Shown here one piece after another: positions 26,041 through 35,023 of a stretch of 64,000 bases of DNA. The position numbers were made by a program, and so were the translations under genes. How positions within the stretch are numbered: the stretch's first letter is position 1; the number at the start of each line of letters is the position of its first letter. The notes below the pieces were generated by a model, which did no database searches, had not been told where the DNA came from, and saw nothing but the letters and a program-made list of their open reading frames with translations. The DNA comes from Candidatus Woesearchaeota archaeon (GTDB lineage Archaea; Nanobdellota; Nanobdellia; Pacearchaeales; GW2011-AR1), in the NCBI GenBank assembly GCA_964578845.1, contig CAZOEF010000004.1:1562-65561 (forward strand). Reading direction: 5' to 3'.

Positions 26041-26472
26041 GTGGATTTGATAATTGATGCTAATATAATAATTTCTGCCTTGATAAAAGACAGCAAAACA
26101 AGAGAGATCCTAAGGATTAATTTGTTTAATCTATACTCTCCAGAGGCATTGCTTGAATCTCTGGAAAAATACAGAGAAGAGTTTATAGAAAGATCTGGCC
26201 TGTCAGAAAGTCAATTTGATATTCTGCTGGATTCCATATTAGATTATATTGATATCATTAAAAAAGAAGACTATTACTCAAAATTAAAGGAAGCTATTGA
26301 AATTATTGGCCATATTGACATAGAAGACACTAATTATATCGCACTGGCTTTATCTATAAAGAATGATGGGATCTGGAGTGATGACGCTCATTTCGATAAA
26401 CAAAATAAGATAAAAATCTGGAAGACTAAAGATATTAATAATTTATTAACACAAACATTTTTTGATGAATAA
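26041..26472 (+). CDS. PIN-domain toxin (VapC-like), GTG start
   Basis: LIIDANIIISAL (motif 1 Asp), ...EDTNYIALAL... and ...IWSDDAHF. The start abuts the antitoxin stop. Confidence 0.75.
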   Translation: MDLIIDANIIISALIKDSKTREILRINLFNLYSPEALLESLEKYREEFIERSGLSESQFDILLDSILDYIDIIKKEDYYSKLKEAIEIIGHIDIEDTNYIALALSIKNDGIWSDDAHFDKQNKIKIWKTKDINNLLTQTFFDE

Positions 26473-26522
26473 TAATATTTGTCACAATAATTCTTATAAA
26501 TTGAAAATATTAACTAAGGCAG

Positions 26523-26831
26523 ATGTATGATCCATTAAGTGATAGCCTAGGAGTGATAATCAAAAACGCCCCTTCTAATAAAGGAGGATTTGTCGCTGAA
26601 ATTTACGGCGGCAGCCAGGATGGCAAAAGAATTGGAGGAGTTTATTATGAAGGAGGAAGAATATACGAAGAGTGGAGTATTCCCCAAATTCCTACCCAAT
26701 CAAGACAGATTAAAGAAAGAGATCCGGAAAAGATTAATTTGGCACTTAGGAATACTTTGATGACAAGGTTAGATAATATAAATATTTTTGAGGCTAGAGA
26801 AAATCATCTGTTAGTCCAAGTCAGAGTTTAA
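26523..26831 (+). CDS. Hypothetical protein (ORFan)
   Basis: ORF only. Confidence 0.45.
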   Translation: MYDPLSDSLGVIIKNAPSNKGGFVAEIYGGSQDGKRIGGVYYEGGRIYEEWSIPQIPTQSRQIKERDPEKINLALRNTLMTRLDNINIFEARENHLLVQVRV

Positions 26832-26855
26832 AAACCCTAAAAACTAAAATAGATT

Positions 26856-27056
26856 ATGTCAAAAAGCGGCCTTGCGTCAGGAATAGTCATCTTCCTGATA
26901 GGAATCGGTTTATCTATTAGCGTTTTATTTGTGGATGAAATTGTTCCAAAGATAATGTTTGGAATTTGGGGGATAATAGCTATACTAATAGGGATCTATA
27001 TGGCATTCAATCATAAAAGAGAAGATAAAATTGAACAAATCAGAAGAAATAAATAA
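26856..27056 (+). CDS. Small membrane protein (2 TM)
   Basis: Two hydrophobic helices. Confidence 0.5.
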   Translation: MSKSGLASGIVIFLIGIGLSISVLFVDEIVPKIMFGIWGIIAILIGIYMAFNHKREDKIEQIRRNK

Positions 27057-27076
27057 TCTAAATTGCTTAAAAAAAT

Positions 27077-27400
27077 ATGAAAGGCTTAGTAATATCAACA
27101 ACATCTGAAGTTCCCGGAAAGAAAGTAAAGGAAATACTCGGGGTAGTAAGGGGAAATACAGTCCGCTCAAGGAATATAGGAAGGGATATAGGGGCAGCCC
27201 TTAAGAATATCGTAGGAGGGGAAATAAAGACTTATACTGATATGGTATCTCATGCAAGGGATGAGGCATTTAACAGGATGATAAATCAGGCTATTGAATT
27301 AAAAGCAGACGCTGTGATCAATGTAAGGTTCATGACTTCCACAGTGATGGCTGGAGCTTCGGAGATGCTAGCTTACGGCACAGCCGTCAAGCTTAAATAA
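27077..27400 (+). CDS. YbjQ/UPF0145-family protein
   Basis: Full-length match to the family pattern: ...EILG.V.G..VRSRNIGRDIGA.LKNIVGGEI..YT.M...AR.EA..RM...A...GA.AVI..RF. Confidence 0.85.
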   Translation: MKGLVISTTSEVPGKKVKEILGVVRGNTVRSRNIGRDIGAALKNIVGGEIKTYTDMVSHARDEAFNRMINQAIELKADAVINVRFMTSTVMAGASEMLAYGTAVKLK

Positions 27401-27786
27401 TGAAAAAATTGATTCCTAAATTCAAGAAAAAGGTTGACCTTGATCCTAAGCAATTAGAGCTAAAGAAAAAAGAGCGTGATATCGAATCACAGGAAAGGAA
27501 GCTCGAATATACCAAGACTTTTGACACAACAGTCGTAGCAGCATTTACTTTTGTCGCTGGTCTATTATGGAGGGATGTTGCTGATAGTATCATAGCTTCA
27601 TTCCTGCCAAGACTCGAAGGCTTAGTCGGGCACACTTTAACAGCAGTGATAGTCACAGCAGTGATAGTTGTATTTGTTGCAAGAAGAAACCTTAAGATAA
27701 GAAAGATGGAAGCTAAGCTAAAGAAAGCAAAAGAAGATTTTGATAAAGAAAAACTCGTGATAGAAAGCGAAAAGAGTAATAAATAA
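27400..27786 (+). CDS. Membrane protein with flanking charged helices
   Basis: Two central TM helices. The ATGA start overlaps the ybjQ stop. Confidence 0.5.
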   Translation: MKKLIPKFKKKVDLDPKQLELKKKERDIESQERKLEYTKTFDTTVVAAFTFVAGLLWRDVADSIIASFLPRLEGLVGHTLTAVIVTAVIVVFVARRNLKIRKMEAKLKKAKEDFDKEKLVIESEKSNK

Positions 27787-27810
27787 ATACTTGTGATTAC
27801 TGAATATTTA

Positions 27811-28077
27811 ATGCCTACAAGAGAAGACGTAAGAAGATTGGCAGATATGAGTGATCAATTAGTAAACTCCTTAAGAAATTCTTATCCTGAATATGAATTT
27901 ACTGGAAATGGTGTAGGAACTAGAGAAGCTAATGGCAAACAAATTCTCGGGTTAATAATTCAGGTAGGTCTCTCAAATTTTGATCTGGAAAATTTGCCTT
28001 TAGAATACCAAGGACAGAGAGTTTTCTACGAGAGACTTAATCACACAGATGCAATTAATGAAGGACGAGCTGCCTAA
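27811..28077 (+). CDS. Hypothetical protein (ORFan); ATG 27811 preferred over track GTG 27793
   Basis: An AT-rich box AATAAATA starts 29 nt upstream of ATG 27811. Confidence 0.4.
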   Translation: MPTREDVRRLADMSDQLVNSLRNSYPEYEFTGNGVGTREANGKQILGLIIQVGLSNFDLENLPLEYQGQRVFYERLNHTDAINEGRAA

Positions 28078-28109
28078 AACTTAAATACTGGCCTTATTTT
28101 TACAATCTA

Positions 28110-28676
28110 ATGATAAACCTAAAATCAAAGAATAACCTATTCTTGCTTGGAGCGATAGTTTTAATAATCCTGGCAGGAATTTTATTTGCAATGGCTAATG
28201 AAAATGTAAATTCAGGGGATACAAAAGTAAAATTAGAGACTAACAAGGGAGATATTGTCATCCAGTTATATTCCTCAGATATGCCTATAACTGCAGGTAA
28301 TTTTGAAAAACTCGTATCTGAAGGCTTCTATGACGGAGTGATTTTCCATAGAGTTATAGACGAATTCATGATACAGGGAGGAGATCCAACTGGCACAGGA
28401 AGAGGAGGGCCTGGATATACAATAAAAGACGAATTCACTTCTAACAATAAAAATAACAGAGGAACTATAAGCATGGCTAATGCAGGCCCTAACACAGGAG
28501 GCAGCCAATTCTTCATCAATTTAGTAAACAATAATTTCCTTGACTCAAAACATCCTGTTTTCGGGAGAGTTGTAGAAGGAATGGATGTAGTGGATGCAAT
28601 TGCAAAAGTCCAGACAGACTCAGCAGATAAGCCACTAGAAGATGTTACAATAATAAAGGCTTCTATTATTAATTAA
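28110..28676 (+). CDS. Cyclophilin-type peptidyl-prolyl cis-trans isomerase with N-terminal membrane anchor
   Basis: FHRVIDEFMIQGGDPTGTGRGGPGY and SMANAGPNTGGSQFFI. CTTAAATA lies at 28080..28087. Confidence 0.9.
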   Translation: MINLKSKNNLFLLGAIVLIILAGILFAMANENVNSGDTKVKLETNKGDIVIQLYSSDMPITAGNFEKLVSEGFYDGVIFHRVIDEFMIQGGDPTGTGRGGPGYTIKDEFTSNNKNNRGTISMANAGPNTGGSQFFINLVNNNFLDSKHPVFGRVVEGMDVVDAIAKVQTDSADKPLEDVTIIKASIIN

Positions 28677-29340
28677 CTTCTTTTATGCCTCGTACGACTG
28701 CCTCTGCATGGGAGAAATAAGTTGCATCACTACAAATGTATCTTCCGGTATCTCTTGCACCAAGGGCGTTCTGAAACCATACTTGTCTCAGAAGAGTACC
28801 ATCATATTCCTCTGGAAAACGATGGGCTAGAGACATCAAGAGAGTATCGGTTTTTAAAAATTCTAAATAATATCTAGAGAGGTCTCCAAGAATTCCATTT
28901 AAAGTTTCTGTATTATGTTTAAAGGATAACCTAACAACTCTACTAGATGGAAGAATCAACACTCTTCTGTCAAATGGATCCCTTCCTAAATCTTGTCTAG
29001 CAAGAGCTAAATTTTCCTCATAAATATCATTGTCGGTAATTAAGTATTTTCCTTCTTTACTAGCAGCAATAGCTTGAGAGAGCAGTAAAGGATTAGTGCA
29101 AAAAGGAGACTCTCGAATAAATAAGGGAGATCCATTTTTTGAAAAAGCGTAGCCGTGCATAACAAAATTACCTGCTTGGGAAATGTCTGATTCTATTCCA
29201 GATACTATTCTAAGCCTTGCATTCTGAAATGCCGAGATAACTTCATAGCCTTCAGATCTAAGTTCTGCCAAGCCAGCATCAAATGGATTGATCGCTGTGG
29301 CCGATAAATGCTTGATAGATCTAAAATCACATTTAATCAT
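28669..29340 (-). CDS. Hypothetical protein (223 aa, ORFan)
   Basis: ORF only. Arg/Gly-rich composition unlike the core genes. Confidence 0.5.
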   Translation of the reverse strand: MIKCDFRSIKHLSATAINPFDAGLAELRSEGYEVISAFQNARLRIVSGIESDISQAGNFVMHGYAFSKNGSPLFIRESPFCTNPLLLSQAIAASKEGKYLITDNDIYEENLALARQDLGRDPFDRRVLILPSSRVVRLSFKHNTETLNGILGDLSRYYLEFLKTDTLLMSLAHRFPEEYDGTLLRQVWFQNALGARDTGRYICSDATYFSHAEAVVRGIKEVN

Positions 29341-29370
29341 AAAATTCCAGGAATATAATCATATTTAAAA

Positions 29371-30699
29371 CTATTCTAAAAAATCTAAACTAACTCTGAT
29401 TATTTTATCATCTCCTTCATTTACATTCCCTCGACCGTCCCTATTGCTTGTTGAGAAGTACAAATATCCTTCGTGAATCTCTACATCCCTTAACCTTCCG
29501 AATTGATTAGCAAAGTGTTCAATCAACTCTTCCGTTTCTATATTATATTGATAAAGTGCCTGCCCTCTAAGCCCTGTAAAGAATATATTTCCATCATGAT
29601 AAGCAGCACTCGCAGGAGCCCAAGTATTGTCAGGGCCTGAATGGATCAAAGGTTTCTCCATTCCATCCTGAGCTTCATCACCTTCTATTTCAGGCCAGCC
29701 ATAGTTATTTCCAATTTCAATTAAATTGATCTCGTCAAAACCAGAAGAGATCCCTGACCTGCCGTGTTCAGTGCTGAACAGATTTCCTTCTTCATCCCAG
29801 GCTAGTCCTTGGGGATTCCTATGCCCGTATGAATAGACTTTATTTCCAAACGGATTATCACTAGGAATATTTCCATCCTCATCAACTCTCAATATTTTTC
29901 CAGCCAGAGAGTCAATGTCCTGCGAATTGTCTTCATTACCAGCATCTCCTGTTGTGATATATAGATGACCATCAGGTCCGAAGGCAATCCTCCCTCCATC
30001 ATGATTTCTAGCTCCAGGGATATCATCTAGAATAACTGTCTTATCTTCAAGAATATTATTCTCTAATCTATACCTTTCAACCCTGTTATGGACCTCTCCA
30101 TCAATGTCTGAAGTGAAATATAAGTAGATCAGATTATTCTCTGAAAAATCAGGATGTAAAGCCAGCCCTAATAATCCTCCCTCGCCAACGTGCATTACTC
30201 CTTCAACTTCAATAACTTGTTTATCTTCCCCAATTATTAATAGTCTGCCAGGCCTTTCAGTTATAATCATTTCTCCATTTGGCAAGAACTCAATCTCCCA
30301 CGGGATTTCTAGATTCTCCGCAATAATTTCATACGGTGAAGGAGCGTCAATGTCGATAGCACATTTGTTCTCAACACACTCATATCCTTGTAGAGCAACA
30401 CAAGAATAGACGCAATTAGAATCATATCCTGAAATCAATTCTTCTATCCTTTCAGCCTCATTTTTATTAATAAAGACATAACAATCAAACGGGCACTTTG
30501 ATTCAACCTGAACACAGTCATCTTTAACCTCGCAATAATTTGCTTTTTCAATCTCCCCCTTTACCTGTGACTCTGAATCATAAAAATAAAATATTCCTAT
30601 TATCAATAAAATGCTAAATAAAACTAATCCACAAACAAGAAAATATTTTTCCATTAATAAAATAAAGAATAAATTCTTAATAAAGCTCTCTGTTCTCAA
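29371..30699 (-). CDS. PQQ-dependent sugar (glucose/sorbosone) dehydrogenase beta-propeller with N-terminal Cys-rich module, exported
   Basis: LLGLALHPDF, HDGGRIAFGPDGHLYITTGD, YSYGHRNPQGLAWD and NYGWP. There is an N-terminal TM/signal segment and a module containing 10 Cys. Confidence 0.8.
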   Translation of the reverse strand: MRTESFIKNLFFILLMEKYFLVCGLVLFSILLIIGIFYFYDSESQVKGEIEKANYCEVKDDCVQVESKCPFDCYVFINKNEAERIEELISGYDSNCVYSCVALQGYECVENKCAIDIDAPSPYEIIAENLEIPWEIEFLPNGEMIITERPGRLLIIGEDKQVIEVEGVMHVGEGGLLGLALHPDFSENNLIYLYFTSDIDGEVHNRVERYRLENNILEDKTVILDDIPGARNHDGGRIAFGPDGHLYITTGDAGNEDNSQDIDSLAGKILRVDEDGNIPSDNPFGNKVYSYGHRNPQGLAWDEEGNLFSTEHGRSGISSGFDEINLIEIGNNYGWPEIEGDEAQDGMEKPLIHSGPDNTWAPASAAYHDGNIFFTGLRGQALYQYNIETEELIEHFANQFGRLRDVEIHEGYLYFSTSNRDGRGNVNEGDDKIIRVSLDFLE

Positions 30700-31219
30700 G
30701 ATGTATCAAGGCCATTCTAATAGCCTGTTTGGTATAATCTGATCTAGTGACTCTTCCCTTTGTCAATAAACCTATTCCACCTTCAGAAGATCCAACCTTC
30801 CTGTCAGCAGTCAGGCCGCATCTGAAAAAAGCCTCGTTAGCATCTATTCCATTTTCATGAATCATTCTTGTGACTTCAATAGGAAACTCAAAGGCAGAAG
30901 ATAATCCAAGATGAAATTCTTGTCCGTCATAGATAGCGCACGCTGTAAGGTCCATTTTCCCGGTTTTTGTGTAAGGAACCACCATTAACCCGCTCTCTAT
31001 ACCAAAACTATATGATTCCCTCATAAACGCTCTCTTAGCTCTGTTCATAGCACCCATTAATGTTTCGTCTAAATTTCTCGGCTGTTCAGACACTCCTGAA
31101 TCAGCATCAATACCAAATACGTCACATTCTCTCAACATGGGATAATCAGCAATAACTTCCCTAACTGCATTCACTTTTACAGGATTTTTAGAACCGACAT
31201 AAACATTCATAATATTCAA
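30677..31219 (-). CDS. Inosine/xanthosine triphosphatase (YjjX/DUF84 family)
   Basis: N-terminal VGSKNPVKVNAV... and a family-like ...SFGIESGL... segment. Confidence 0.75.
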   Translation of the reverse strand: MNIMNVYVGSKNPVKVNAVREVIADYPMLRECDVFGIDADSGVSEQPRNLDETLMGAMNRAKRAFMRESYSFGIESGLMVVPYTKTGKMDLTACAIYDGQEFHLGLSSAFEFPIEVTRMIHENGIDANEAFFRCGLTADRKVGSSEGGIGLLTKGRVTRSDYTKQAIRMALIHLENRELY

Positions 31220-31368
31220 TGTTTATCTCAATATAAAAATATTATAGCATTCTAAAATAACAATCATTTCAGGTTCCTTTCCAAAAACGCTAATGTCTTC
31301 ATCCCATGAATAGCCTTATAAGCTTTTTGGAATGATAAGTTTTTAACTCTGAAAATCATTATAATAAA

Positions 31369-31926
31369 ATGAATAAAAAAATCAAAGTATCTGCCATTAT
31401 TATCCTAATACTCCTTATAGCATCATGGTCGATGCTTCTAATCTACATATCTCCAGAAGAGCTTGTAGAAGTAATAGGGGTGAGTAATAGTTATTTAGTG
31501 TTGATCATTGGAGGATTTCTTGGAGGGATATCATTATTTATTCCATTTCCTAACTATCTCTTAGTATTTACCTTCGGAGCAGCAGGACTTACACCTATAT
31601 TCCTTGGTTTATCAGCAGCATTGGGAGCAATGCTAGGAGAATCAACAAGCTACCTAGTGGGTCACGCAAGCCACTTGCTCTTGACGGAAAAATGGCAAAA
31701 AAGAGTAATTAAATTAAATAATTGGTTAGTTAGAACTCCTTATTGGTTAGTATTCATTGTATTTGTATTACTGGGGTCATTGCCCTTGCCTAATGATTTT
31801 CTGATGGTCCCATTAGGTTTGGCAAGATACAGGTTCTGGAGCGTCATAATTCCTGTCGGCATAGGAAATATAATCTTCAACACAACTGTCGCATATTTAG
31901 GGCAGTACGGTTCATTGCTCATCTAA
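31369..31926 (+). CDS. Membrane protein, DedA/VTT-like (tentative)
   Basis: Five hydrophobic helices and a GESTSY..G segment. Confidence 0.45.
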   Translation: MNKKIKVSAIIILILLIASWSMLLIYISPEELVEVIGVSNSYLVLIIGGFLGGISLFIPFPNYLLVFTFGAAGLTPIFLGLSAALGAMLGESTSYLVGHASHLLLTEKWQKRVIKLNNWLVRTPYWLVFIVFVLLGSLPLPNDFLMVPLGLARYRFWSVIIPVGIGNIIFNTTVAYLGQYGSLLI

Positions 31927-31958
31927 AGATTTATAATAAAAACAGTTCTATTAACTTA

Positions 31959-32345
31959 ATGAAATTAGAAAAATTCGCTAAGCCTTTGCTAAGGATCTCA
32001 ATGAGCTTAGTCTTTCTATATTTCGGGTTCCAGCAGATAACTTCCCCTGCAGAGTGGGCAGGTTTTATCCCTAATTTTGCTTTGATATTTGGTCTAGCTG
32101 CTGAAAAATTAGTCATATTGAATGCAGTTCTAGAATTAAGCCTTGGATCATTATTGATATTGGGCTTATTCACCAGAATCGCTTCGTTAATATTATCAAT
32201 CCATCTTTTCATAATATCATTAACACTAGGATTCAACGATTTAGGAGCGAGAGATTTCGGTCTGTCCCTTGCAACACTGGCAATTTTCCTAAATGGCCCT
32301 GATAAATACTGCCTCGATAACAAATTAAGGAAGTTGACATCATAA
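31959..32345 (+). CDS. DoxX-family membrane protein
   Basis: LLRISMSLVFLYFGFQQI... with four TM helices. Confidence 0.65.
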   Translation: MKLEKFAKPLLRISMSLVFLYFGFQQITSPAEWAGFIPNFALIFGLAAEKLVILNAVLELSLGSLLILGLFTRIASLILSIHLFIISLTLGFNDLGARDFGLSLATLAIFLNGPDKYCLDNKLRKLTS

Positions 32346-32347
32346 CA

Positions 32348-32355
32348 TTTAAATA
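32348..32355 (+). promoter_or_regulatory. TATA box (TTTAAATA) starting 29 nt upstream of ATG 32377
   Basis: Phased TATA pattern. Confidence 0.55.
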
Positions 32356-32376
32356 GGGTTTTTATTTTTTCTGAAC

Positions 32377-32811
32377 ATGAATAAACAGTTGATGATAGGT
32401 TTAGGTGTTATTGTTGTTATTGCAGTAATAGCTATATTCGCTCTATCCATGACTGGCTCAAGCACTGCAGAAAGCCCTTCTATCGATTCTGGAAATAATG
32501 CCAATGTTGATTCTAATGAAAATGTCAAAACATTTGTTATTGATTCATCACATTTGAGATTCTATATTGATGGCGTAGAAAATCCAGATATAGTGGTCAA
32601 TGAAGGCGACAGAGTAAGGATTGAATTCTCAAGCTCTGAAGGATTCCACGACTGGGCTATAGATGAATTCAATGCTAAAACTGAGAGGGTTAGCCCGGGT
32701 AGTACATCAACAGTTGAGTTCATTGCAGATAAGAAGGGATCATTCAAATACTACTGCAGCGTCGGCCAACACAGGGCCAACGGGATGGAAGGCAATTTTA
32801 TAGTTGAATAA
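32377..32811 (+). CDS. Exported type-1 copper protein (plastocyanin/halocyanin-like cupredoxin)
   Basis: Candidate copper ligands are GFHDWAI (His) and YYCSVGQHRANGM (Cys, His, Met). N-terminal anchor present. Confidence 0.8.
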   Translation: MNKQLMIGLGVIVVIAVIAIFALSMTGSSTAESPSIDSGNNANVDSNENVKTFVIDSSHLRFYIDGVENPDIVVNEGDRVRIEFSSSEGFHDWAIDEFNAKTERVSPGSTSTVEFIADKKGSFKYYCSVGQHRANGMEGNFIVE

Positions 32812-32846
32812 ATACTTCTTAGGTATTTCTAGGAGAACAGTCTAAA

Positions 32847-33110
32847 ATGATAATGAATAAGATGGAGTCCGTCAAGGACAAGGCAGAAGAGAAGCAAGTA
32901 ACTAGAGAGGAGCTTCTTCATCAAAAATCAAGAATAGATGATAAGCTAATAAAATTAGAAAGGCAAAGATCAAACGATAAAATAGTGGATGCTTTAAGGA
33001 AATTGCATGAATTGAATGATTCAATATCAGATATGCAGAATGCATTGAATTCAGTATGGAAAAGGTTACAGCAGATAGAAGAGGACTTGAAAGAAGCATT
33101 CTATTCATAA
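32847..33110 (+). CDS. Small coiled-coil protein, unknown function
   Basis: ORF with a heptad-like charged sequence. Confidence 0.4.
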   Translation: MIMNKMESVKDKAEEKQVTREELLHQKSRIDDKLIKLERQRSNDKIVDALRKLHELNDSISDMQNALNSVWKRLQQIEEDLKEAFYS

Positions 33111-33138
33111 TTACTCTAGAAATAATCAAATAATAAAT

Positions 33139-33636
33139 TTATAATTTAAGTGTATCATTAAATACGATAACGTTTGTCATCCCTCGTCTTTTTCTTTCAA
33201 CAAATCCCTTTCCTTCGAGCCTGTCTATTATCCTTGTCATCTTTGCTTTTCCAAAACCTGTCTTTTCTATTAAGTTTGCCTGGAATATTGCCTTATTTTC
33301 CTGGATTAATCTTAGCACCTGCTTGTCCTCTGCCCTCAGGTCAGAGATATTTAATTTCTTCCTAATATTTTTCTTCTCAACTTTTTTTATTATGATTTCC
33401 TTCTGAGGCTTAGAGAACATTAGAACTAATGAAACAATAATCAATAGCCCAACAATTCCCAGTGCTAAATAAGTCTGCTGATCAATTGTGTCATACATTG
33501 GGCAGTATTCCCCTCCATGTGCTATAGTGCAGCTTGAATCAACAAAGCTTGTCAGAGTATTATGGAACATGAATATTATCACGATGACCAGCAGGGATAT
33601 TCCAAAGAGCAAATAACCTACGCTTCTGTTTTCCAT
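33139..33636 (-). CDS. Membrane-tethered winged-helix (MarR/TrmB-like) transcription regulator; start moved to ATG 33636
   Basis: Order is TM helix, extracytoplasmic loop SSCTIAHGGEYCPMYD, second TM helix, then the wHTH LIEKTGFGKAKMTRIIDRLEGKGFVERKRRG. TTCTTAAA on the minus strand starts 29 nt upstream of ATG 33636. Confidence 0.6.
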   Translation of the reverse strand: MENRSVGYLLFGISLLVIVIIFMFHNTLTSFVDSSCTIAHGGEYCPMYDTIDQQTYLALGIVGLLIIVSLVLMFSKPQKEIIIKKVEKKNIRKKLNISDLRAEDKQVLRLIQENKAIFQANLIEKTGFGKAKMTRIIDRLEGKGFVERKRRGMTNVIVFNDTLKL

Positions 33637-33726
33637 TTTAATATAAACGATAGCCGATTTAAGAAGCTTTTGATGTGAAACTAGTTTCACAAAAGCGCTT
33701 TAATAATAAATAATTCTAGTTTCAAC

Positions 33727-34413
33727 ATGTCATGGAAAGAATTCGCTAAGGAACTAAACAAAAAAGATAGTGTTGAGAGCGAATTAGTGAAAACTATCTT
33801 CATATCTTTACTGGCATCATTTATAATTCTAGGAATATTATATTTTGCAAGATTAAAGCATATTGAGGATTTTATACCAAGATATGGTTTTTTCATTTTC
33901 TTTGCAATCTTAAGCTATGCAGTAATTCTGCCATCGATAAGGCAAGTTAGGGCTTTCAGGCTATTTCCCTGCATGACTGGAATGATGATTGGCATGACTA
34001 TAGGGATGATGTCTGGATTTCTGTCAGCATTTTATGTCGGCTCCACTAATGGGATGTTCTGGGGCAGTGTCTTTGGAATGGCCATAGGCATATTTTTTGG
34101 GACAACAAACGGAAAATGCTGCGGCATCATGGGATTCATGGAAGGCATAATGGCCGGTTTCATGGGTGGATTGATGGGCGCGATGACAGCAATTATGATG
34201 ATAAATGACAATCTTAAAGCTGCTGCTATAGTGATATTTTTAATATCTGCAGTTATCATACTTGGATTGAACTATATGATCTATATTGAAACAAGAAATT
34301 CAGAAAGACTCCATAAAGACAGCACACTCTATACCATTGTATGGAGTTCTATATTGACAGTGTTGACAACATTAATGATAGTAATAGGTCCAAGGAGCCA
34401 ATTATTCCAATGA
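33727..34413 (+). CDS. Met/Gly-rich polytopic membrane protein, unknown function
   Basis: CMTGMMIGMTIGMMSGF...GMFWGSVFGMAIGIFFG..GKCCGIMGFMEGIMAGFMGGLMGAMTAIMM. Confidence 0.6.
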   Translation: MSWKEFAKELNKKDSVESELVKTIFISLLASFIILGILYFARLKHIEDFIPRYGFFIFFAILSYAVILPSIRQVRAFRLFPCMTGMMIGMTIGMMSGFLSAFYVGSTNGMFWGSVFGMAIGIFFGTTNGKCCGIMGFMEGIMAGFMGGLMGAMTAIMMINDNLKAAAIVIFLISAVIILGLNYMIYIETRNSERLHKDSTLYTIVWSSILTVLTTLMIVIGPRSQLFQ

Positions 34414-34784
34414 ACCAGACAATAAAATATTTAGCAGGAATATTTATTATTTTAATTATAGCAGGATATTTCATGATTGATTTCAGCAAGGGCAAGAAAA
34501 TAACTCAATTATCTGGAGAGGAGGATGTTCAGGAAATAGTGATAGGAATGAAAAACTATAATTACTATCCAAACACTGTAAAAGTAAAAGTCAGCCAGCC
34601 TGTAAGAATAACTCTTGACGAGAGTGTTATTGGCTGCTTCAGGGATTTCACTATCAGGGATTTTGGAATCCATGAGTATCTTAAAACTCCGTCAGATAGC
34701 ATTGAATTCACACCAACTAAAAAAGGCAAATACGTTTTCGCCTGTAGCATGGGAATGGGAACAGGAACATTGATAGTAGAATGA
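34410..34784 (+). CDS. Membrane-anchored cupredoxin-like domain protein; start moved to ATG 34410
   Basis: The ATGA start overlaps the previous stop, and AAGGAG sits 13 nt upstream. C-terminal KGKYVFACSMGMGTGTLIVE. Confidence 0.6.
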   Translation: MNQTIKYLAGIFIILIIAGYFMIDFSKGKKITQLSGEEDVQEIVIGMKNYNYYPNTVKVKVSQPVRITLDESVIGCFRDFTIRDFGIHEYLKTPSDSIEFTPTKKGKYVFACSMGMGTGTLIVE

Positions 34785-34801
34785 AAGGAGGAAATTAACT
34801 A

Positions 34802-35023
34802 ATGAGAAAATTGAAACTAATCATAACAGGAATGCACTGCGCTTCGTGCGGGACAAACATAGAGAGAAGCCTGAAAAAAGTCAAAGGCATAAAGGAAGCT
34901 AATGTGAATGTGATGGCAAGAAAGGCATTTATTGAAGCAGAAGATAGAGTTTCTGAAGAGGATCTTAAAAAAGCTGTCTCAAGAGCAGGAGGCTATAAGC
35001 TTGAAGAGGTGGAAGGAGAATGA
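34802..35023 (+). CDS. copZ: Heavy-metal-associated copper chaperone
   Basis: GMHCASCG metal-binding motif. GGAGG Shine-Dalgarno upstream. Confidence 0.85.
   Translation: MRKLKLIITGMHCASCGTNIERSLKKVKGIKEANVNVMARKAFIEAEDRVSEEDLKKAVSRAGGYKLEEVEGE

Noticed and set aside
31300-31350. Possible C/D-box sRNA (ATGATAA ... CTGA) in the 31220-31368 spacer, and GTGATGA on the minus strand near 19150
   Set aside because: Only one degenerate C-like box and one CTGA are present. There are no paired C'/D' boxes at the correct ~12-nt spacing and no terminal stem.
33687-33896. Track ORF 33687..33896(-); likewise 54099..54368(+), 52218..52433(+) and 14707..14932(-)
   Set aside because: They overlap promoter spacers or better-supported genes on the other strand, and have low-complexity translations with no phased TATA.
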